Assembly: GCA_964646315.1 (NCBI GenBank)
Contig: CAZYDN010000002.1
Span: 962 to 64,961 of the forward strand
DNA: 64,000 nt
Source of the DNA: an uncultured Candidatus Saccharibacteria bacterium
Lineage (GTDB): Bacteria; Patescibacteriota; Minisyncoccia; Phycocordibacterales; Phycocordibacteraceae
Direction: 5' to 3'
Positions 59,120 through 64,000 of the stretch are shown piece by piece; position 1 is the stretch's first letter, and every line of letters starts with the position of its first letter. The notes below the pieces were generated by a model. The model made no database searches, was not told where the DNA came from, and worked only from the letters and a program-made list of their open reading frames with translations. A program made the translations under genes and the position numbers.

Positions 59120-60796
59120 ATGGTCACCAAACTATTACAGACCATCACACAGCCAGTACGCGGCCTACACCAGGCCGCGTACTTGCTTGCGTCTCTTACC
59201 CTTGCGTCGCAAGTCCTGGCGCTCGTGCGTGACCGATTGTTTGCTCACCAGTTTGGTGCGGGGCAGATGCTCGACACCTACTACGCCGCGTTTCGAGTGC
59301 CTGACTTGGTGTTTGCACTGGTAGCGTCACTTGTTTCTGCGTACGTGCTTATCCCTCGTATTGCGGGAGCGGATGTAGCGGAATCGAGAAGGCTCATATC
59401 ACAAACAGCATCGTTCCTCTTTATTGGAGGAGGAATAATCTGCGCAGTTATAGCAGTAAACGCGCCCACACTGCTGACATTCGTGTATCCAAATCTGATG
59501 CAGGGACCTCATGCAAATGAGCTCGTCACACTTACACGACTACTTCTCTTGCAACCAATTATTTTGGGTTTGTCGGGTATTGCTACGAGTGTTACCCAGG
59601 TGAAGCGTAAATTTCTTATCTTTGCGCTTTCCCCTGTGCTCTACAACTTGGGGATTATTGGTGGAACAGTGTTCCTGTACCCAACGTATGGTCTTGCAGG
59701 TGTGGGTATGGGAGTAGTTTTGGGTGCACTCGCTCATCTGTGTATTCATGTGCCCGTACTTGCAAAGGCAAAACTTCTTCCGCGCCTAGTAATGCCTGAT
59801 CCAAAAGTGATATGGTACGTGATGAAAGATTCGCTCCCGCGCTCAATGGCACTTGGTATGGGGGCATTTGTCACGCTTGCACTTACTGCACTTGCCGCAA
59901 GGACTGGGGAGGGAGGTGTGTCTGTGTTTACCTTTGCCGGTAATCTTGAAGCTGTTCCTCTTTCGCTTGTTGGTGCTGCGTATGCTACCGCTGCGTTTCC
60001 GGTACTTGCTGAGCATCACCGTAAAAAGCAGGGCGTTGCGTATCGAGACACTATAAGTGCAGCAGCTCGCCATATCATCTTCTGGTCCTCCATTATTATG
60101 GTGCTCGCTATTGTTCTTCGTGCGCACATTGTTCGCATTGTGCTTGGTACCGGAGCTTTTGGTTGGGACGACACCAGGCTTACTGCCGCGATTCTTGCCA
60201 TACTCGTAGTAGCACTCGCCGCACAAGGTCTTATCCTTTTGTGCGCTCGGGCGTTCTATGCGGCTCAGCGCTCATGGAATCCGTTACTTATGCAACTGGG
60301 AGATGCGGGCATATCCGTTGCTGTTGCCGTTGGACTTATGTCGCTTGCCGCACAGTTTCCGATGCTTCGTTATTTCATGGAGTCACTATTTCGTGTGACT
60401 GATGTGGCGGGTGCGGAAATTCTCTTCATTGCGCTCGGCGCCACTATTGGACAGCTCATTGTGGCAGGTATCGCTCTCTATACCTTGCGCAGCGTAGCGC
60501 CCGGAGTGGCTCGCGCGCTCGTCCGTCCACTGCTTGAGGCTCTTGGGGCCGCCATTCTCGGAGGGACCGCAAGTTATGGGGTGCTTTCCTTCATGGGTAA
60601 TCTGGAACCGCTCACCACTACCCACGCGGTCTTCACGCAGGGCCTAGTGGCTGGTATGGTTGGACTTACGGTGGCTGTGGGGGTTTTGGCCAGCTTACGT
60701 AATAAGGAGTTTAAAGATCTCGTTGAGTCTCTTAAGCGTCTTAAAGCGCGTGATTTGCCACCCTCAGGCGGAGTACTCGATGAGAGTATCTCCTAA
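59120..60796 (+). CDS. murJ: lipid II flippase MurJ (MviN)
   Basis: 14-TM MOP-superfamily pattern. Confidence 0.85.
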   Translation: MVTKLLQTITQPVRGLHQAAYLLASLTLASQVLALVRDRLFAHQFGAGQMLDTYYAAFRVPDLVFALVASLVSAYVLIPRIAGADVAESRRLISQTASFLFIGGGIICAVIAVNAPTLLTFVYPNLMQGPHANELVTLTRLLLLQPIILGLSGIATSVTQVKRKFLIFALSPVLYNLGIIGGTVFLYPTYGLAGVGMGVVLGALAHLCIHVPVLAKAKLLPRLVMPDPKVIWYVMKDSLPRSMALGMGAFVTLALTALAARTGEGGVSVFTFAGNLEAVPLSLVGAAYATAAFPVLAEHHRKKQGVAYRDTISAAARHIIFWSSIIMVLAIVLRAHIVRIVLGTGAFGWDDTRLTAAILAILVVALAAQGLILLCARAFYAAQRSWNPLLMQLGDAGISVAVAVGLMSLAAQFPMLRYFMESLFRVTDVAGAEILFIALGATIGQLIVAGIALYTLRSVAPGVARALVRPLLEALGAAILGGTASYGVLSFMGNLEPLTTTHAVFTQGLVAGMVGLTVAVGVLASLRNKEFKDLVESLKRLKARDLPPSGGVLDESIS

Positions 60797-60834
60797 GCTT
60801 TTCGGCGCAGTAGGCCACTTCGCCTTCCTCTCTC

Positions 60835-62625
60835 ATGAACATACGAAACTTCAGCATCATTGCCCATATCGATCACGGCAAGTCTACCCTCGCGGATAGG
60901 CTTCTTGAACGAACAGGAACTATTGAGGCGCGCAAAATGCGCGACCAAGTACTCGATAAAATGGACCTTGAGCGCGAGCGCGGCATCACCATCAAAATGC
61001 AGCCGGCCCGCATGAAGTACAAGGCCAACAACGGAACCGAGTATGTCTTGAATCTCATTGATACCCCCGGACATATCGATTTTGCATACGAAGTATCGCG
61101 CGCGCTCTCAGCGGTAGAGGGAGTTATTTTGCTGGTGGACTCTACTCAAGGTATTCAGGCACAAACACTCACAACCTTGGGCATGGCCCGTAAGGCCGGA
61201 TGTGTGATTATTCCAGTCTTGTCCAAAATCGACTCACCAGCGTCTCGTGTAGAAGAAGTGGCACTCGAACTCGCGGAACTGCTCAGCATTGACCCTGAGT
61301 CTATTCTGGCGGTTTCAGGACGTACTGGAGAGGGGGTGGAGGCGCTACTTGAATCCTTGGTTGAGCGCGTACCCCCTCCACGCGCAAGCGAGGGAACAGA
61401 TGCTCGTGCGCTCATTTTCGACTTCTCTTTTTCAACGCATCGAGGCATTACGGTCTTCGCTCGTATTTTTGACGGTTCCTTTAAGAAAGGAGACGTACTA
61501 CGTTTTGCGGCGGCAGGCCAGCGATTTACGGTGCTTGAAACGGGTGTGTTCATGCCGGACGAACTCCAAACAGAATCACTCGGAGCGGGAGAGATTGGCT
61601 ACATCGTTACGGGTGTAAAAGAGGCGGGAGTTGTGGCGGTGGGAGACACCGTGCTCTCAGACAGAAAGGGAGCAGAGCCTCTCTCAGGGTTTGAGCTCCC
61701 GCGTCCGGTGGTGTGGGCGTCTATCTATCCGGAAAGTCAGGACGATCTTACGGAACTTCGTCAGGCTCTTGAACGTCTTCGTCTTTCAGATTCATCTCTT
61801 TCGTTTGAGGAAGAGTCCTCGGGTGTGCTTGGGCGTGGATTCCGTTGTGGCTTTTTAGGTATGCTCCACTTGGAGATTGTTTCTGAGCGTTTGAAACGTG
61901 AGTTTGATTTAGAACTCATTGTAACTATTCCTACTATTGCGTACGCCGTAACTGATAAGAAGGGTCAAAAAGAAACTATTTACACTGCTTCTAAATTCCC
62001 GGCATTTGGAGACATTATGGCAATTGAAGAGCCGTGGGTGCGCGTCATTTTAATTACGCCAAACGAAGCACTCTCTGGAATGATTCAACTCTTTCAGGAT
62101 CACGAAGGCGCAATCATGAACACGGAGACGCACCTGGATGGGCGTATTGAGCTGACTGCTGAGATGCCACTGCGAGAACTCATGCGCGGATTCTTTGATC
62201 GTGTAAAGAATGTGTCGTCCGGGTATGCGTCACTCTCATATGAGTTTTTGGATGAGCGTCCTGCAGACGTGGTGAAGCTCGAGATTTTTGTAGCGGACGA
62301 ACCGGTGCCAGCGTTTGCTCGTGTGGTAGCGCGCCGTCGTGTGGAGGAAGAAGGAGAGCGTATGGTGGAGAAACTGCACGGCATACTTCCACGCCAGATG
62401 TTTGTGCTTAAGATCCAGGCTCATGCACTGGGGCGTATTCTCGCATCTCGTAGTATTTCTGCACTTCGTAAAGACGTTACCGGGTACCTCTATGGAGGCG
62501 ATATCACCCGAAAGATGAAGCTGCTCGAGAAGCAAAAGAAGGGAAAGAAGCGTCGTGGAGAACACGCAAAGATGGAGATTCCGCAGGAGGTGTTTATGAA
62601 GATGGTGCAGGACTCGGAGCGGTAG
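60835..62625 (+). CDS. lepA: elongation factor 4 (LepA)
   Basis: The N-terminus is IRNFSIIAHIDHGKSTLADR. Confidence 0.95.
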   Translation: MNIRNFSIIAHIDHGKSTLADRLLERTGTIEARKMRDQVLDKMDLERERGITIKMQPARMKYKANNGTEYVLNLIDTPGHIDFAYEVSRALSAVEGVILLVDSTQGIQAQTLTTLGMARKAGCVIIPVLSKIDSPASRVEEVALELAELLSIDPESILAVSGRTGEGVEALLESLVERVPPPRASEGTDARALIFDFSFSTHRGITVFARIFDGSFKKGDVLRFAAAGQRFTVLETGVFMPDELQTESLGAGEIGYIVTGVKEAGVVAVGDTVLSDRKGAEPLSGFELPRPVVWASIYPESQDDLTELRQALERLRLSDSSLSFEEESSGVLGRGFRCGFLGMLHLEIVSERLKREFDLELIVTIPTIAYAVTDKKGQKETIYTASKFPAFGDIMAIEEPWVRVILITPNEALSGMIQLFQDHEGAIMNTETHLDGRIELTAEMPLRELMRGFFDRVKNVSSGYASLSYEFLDERPADVVKLEIFVADEPVPAFARVVARRRVEEEGERMVEKLHGILPRQMFVLKIQAHALGRILASRSISALRKDVTGYLYGGDITRKMKLLEKQKKGKKRRGEHAKMEIPQEVFMKMVQDSER

Positions 62626-62882
62626 ACGCGGTAGGAGTAAAGAATGTAGGAACCGCATAATTTTCTGCTGAAAATTTGCTCTCACTCGGCTACCCGCCAC
62701 CGTACGTTCCTACATCCTTTCTCCATACCGCTCACGTTCTTCGTATATGTAGAAGAATGGGTGGGAGGAGAGGAAAGGATGTGTCGCTTCGGTTGCTTTC
62801 GGTTTAGCAAATATCTAAACGATCTATCGCTCCTCGTAGAGTTAGAAGGAGAGGACGGGAGGGATGCGGTAAGATAGAGGGA

Positions 62883-63242
62883 ATGGCACGCAGACCTACC
62901 AAGAAGCGAATGAAGGAATATGTGATTGCAGGACTCCTTGCACTTGCGATTTTGTGGTTGCTTTGGCTTGTGTGGGGAATTGCCCGTAAGGAGGAAATTG
63001 CGCGCCGTGCCGTGCACGACACTAATGCTGAGCTCGCCATACTTAAAGAGCGACAGAAGGTACTCGAAGGAAATATTGCAGAGCTCTCTACGGAGCGTGG
63101 GAAGGAAGCTACGCTGCGTCAGACGTACGGAGTCGCAAAGCCAGGAGAGGAGGTCATTATTGTGGTGCCCCCTAAGGAGGCTACGACGACGCCCGTGCTC
63201 CCATGGTGGAAGAAAACCTTTAACTGGTTGGGTATTTGGTAG
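62883..63242 (+). CDS. FtsB/DivIC-like septum-formation initiator (TM plus coiled coil)
   Basis: Architecture only. Confidence 0.55.
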   Translation: MARRPTKKRMKEYVIAGLLALAILWLLWLVWGIARKEEIARRAVHDTNAELAILKERQKVLEGNIAELSTERGKEATLRQTYGVAKPGEEVIIVVPPKEATTTPVLPWWKKTFNWLGIW

Positions 63243-63345
63243 GGAAGAGTTTGGCTACACTACAGTATTGACAAATAATCAAATAAGGTGTAATATGTAT
63301 ATGGAAAAGGCATGACGCCTTTCGTCCATTTTGGAGGGGAAACCC

Positions 63346-63996
63346 ATGTTCAACAAGACGATTCTCGCGGCCTCGGCCGCTTGCGCCCTCTTCTTCGGCA
63401 CCTCGGCCTTCGCGGCGGATTCCGACTGGCACGTCAGTGTCGGCGCGGGCTCGACGCAGATCGAGGACGAAAACGGATGGTCGCCCAGTGCTCGCGGTGC
63501 GAGCCTGGAACTGGCCCTCGGGCACGACCTCATGACCATCGGCGACATCACCTTCGGCCTGGAGACCGGCGTCAAGCACAACTGGGGCGACGCCTCGGAA
63601 CGCTCCCAGACCTGTGACGTGCCCAGTTGCGGCTACGTCGAGTACGGCACGTGGACGGCGTCCTCCCCCTGGTCGGGCAAGCTGGGCATCAACGCCCGGC
63701 ACCCGCTCGGTCCGGTCGACGTCTCGGTCGCGGCCGGCATCCAGCTCAACCAGCTGGTGCAGGAGTCGTCCTACGACTCCGGCGGCAAGGTGACCTCCTA
63801 CTGGAAGGACACCGACTTCGCGGTCGGTCCCTACTGGCGGGCGGGCGCGGACTACGCCTTCGGCGACACCTGGACGGCCGGGCTCGCCTACGAGCACGCC
63901 GACCTCACCCGCTCCAAGTGGAGCAGCACCTTCGGCGGGGGCTCCGACAAGCTCAATGCCGACAGCTGGTCCCTGCGGATCAGCAAGAAGCTCTGA
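63346..63996 (+). CDS. outer-membrane beta-barrel protein (OmpA/OmpW-like, PF13505-type) in about 70% GC DNA
   Basis: Signal peptide MFNKTILAASAACALFFGTSAFAAD and alternating amphipathic strands; GGAGGGG RBS. Confidence 0.55.
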   Translation: MFNKTILAASAACALFFGTSAFAADSDWHVSVGAGSTQIEDENGWSPSARGASLELALGHDLMTIGDITFGLETGVKHNWGDASERSQTCDVPSCGYVEYGTWTASSPWSGKLGINARHPLGPVDVSVAAGIQLNQLVQESSYDSGGKVTSYWKDTDFAVGPYWRAGADYAFGDTWTAGLAYEHADLTRSKWSSTFGGGSDKLNADSWSLRISKKL

Positions 63997-64000
63997 CGCC

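Noticed and set aside
63220-63897. 225-aa minus-strand ORF
   Set aside because: It is an antisense shadow ORF typical of 70% GC DNA, opposite the OMP gene, with an Arg/Gly/Pro-rich nonsense composition.

Overview
This 64 kb window is gene-dense (about 85% coding) and about 50% GC. Gene content suggests a small-genome monoderm bacterium, possibly Patescibacteria/CPR-like. That is an inference from class II photolyase, Pif1-type helicase, RGG-tailed DEAD-box helicase and RNase J, a membrane-anchored family-5 solute-binding protein, and FtsB/MurJ/MltG.

Housekeeping genes I recognise: groES-groEL, typA/bipA, lepA, murJ, mltG, rnj, secG, htpX-lemA, msrA, msrB, bcp, nth, a MutY-like glycosylase, a DEAD-box helicase, photolyase, an RND pump with its adaptor, a histidine kinase with a response regulator, DsbA, VKOR and DedA.

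RNA genes not in the ORF track: tRNA-Ser(GGA) at 53729-53816 and RNase P RNA (rnpB) at about 56183-56528.

Items that stand out:
- A GcrA-like cell-cycle regulator gene of alphaproteobacterial type. It is frameshifted and sits in a 0.7 kb high-GC islet between the SIMPL gene and msrB.
- A perfect 46-bp palindrome covering the start codon of a TrpR-like regulator, next to tRNA-Ser and a low-GC islet.
- A secreted TIMP/NTR-like + Kazal + peptidoglycan-binding triple-domain protein.
- A large surface protein with a canonical C-type lectin domain.
- Two tandem unannotated small ORFs between groEL and lemA.
- A HEPN-motif protein with direct repeats in a low-GC region at the window start.
- An EEP-nuclease/Pif1-helicase gene pair that appears translationally coupled.
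- An abrupt switch to about 70% GC, encoding a proteobacterial-type outer-membrane beta-barrel protein, in the last 700 bp.

No CRISPR array, integrase, transposase or reverse transcriptase was seen.
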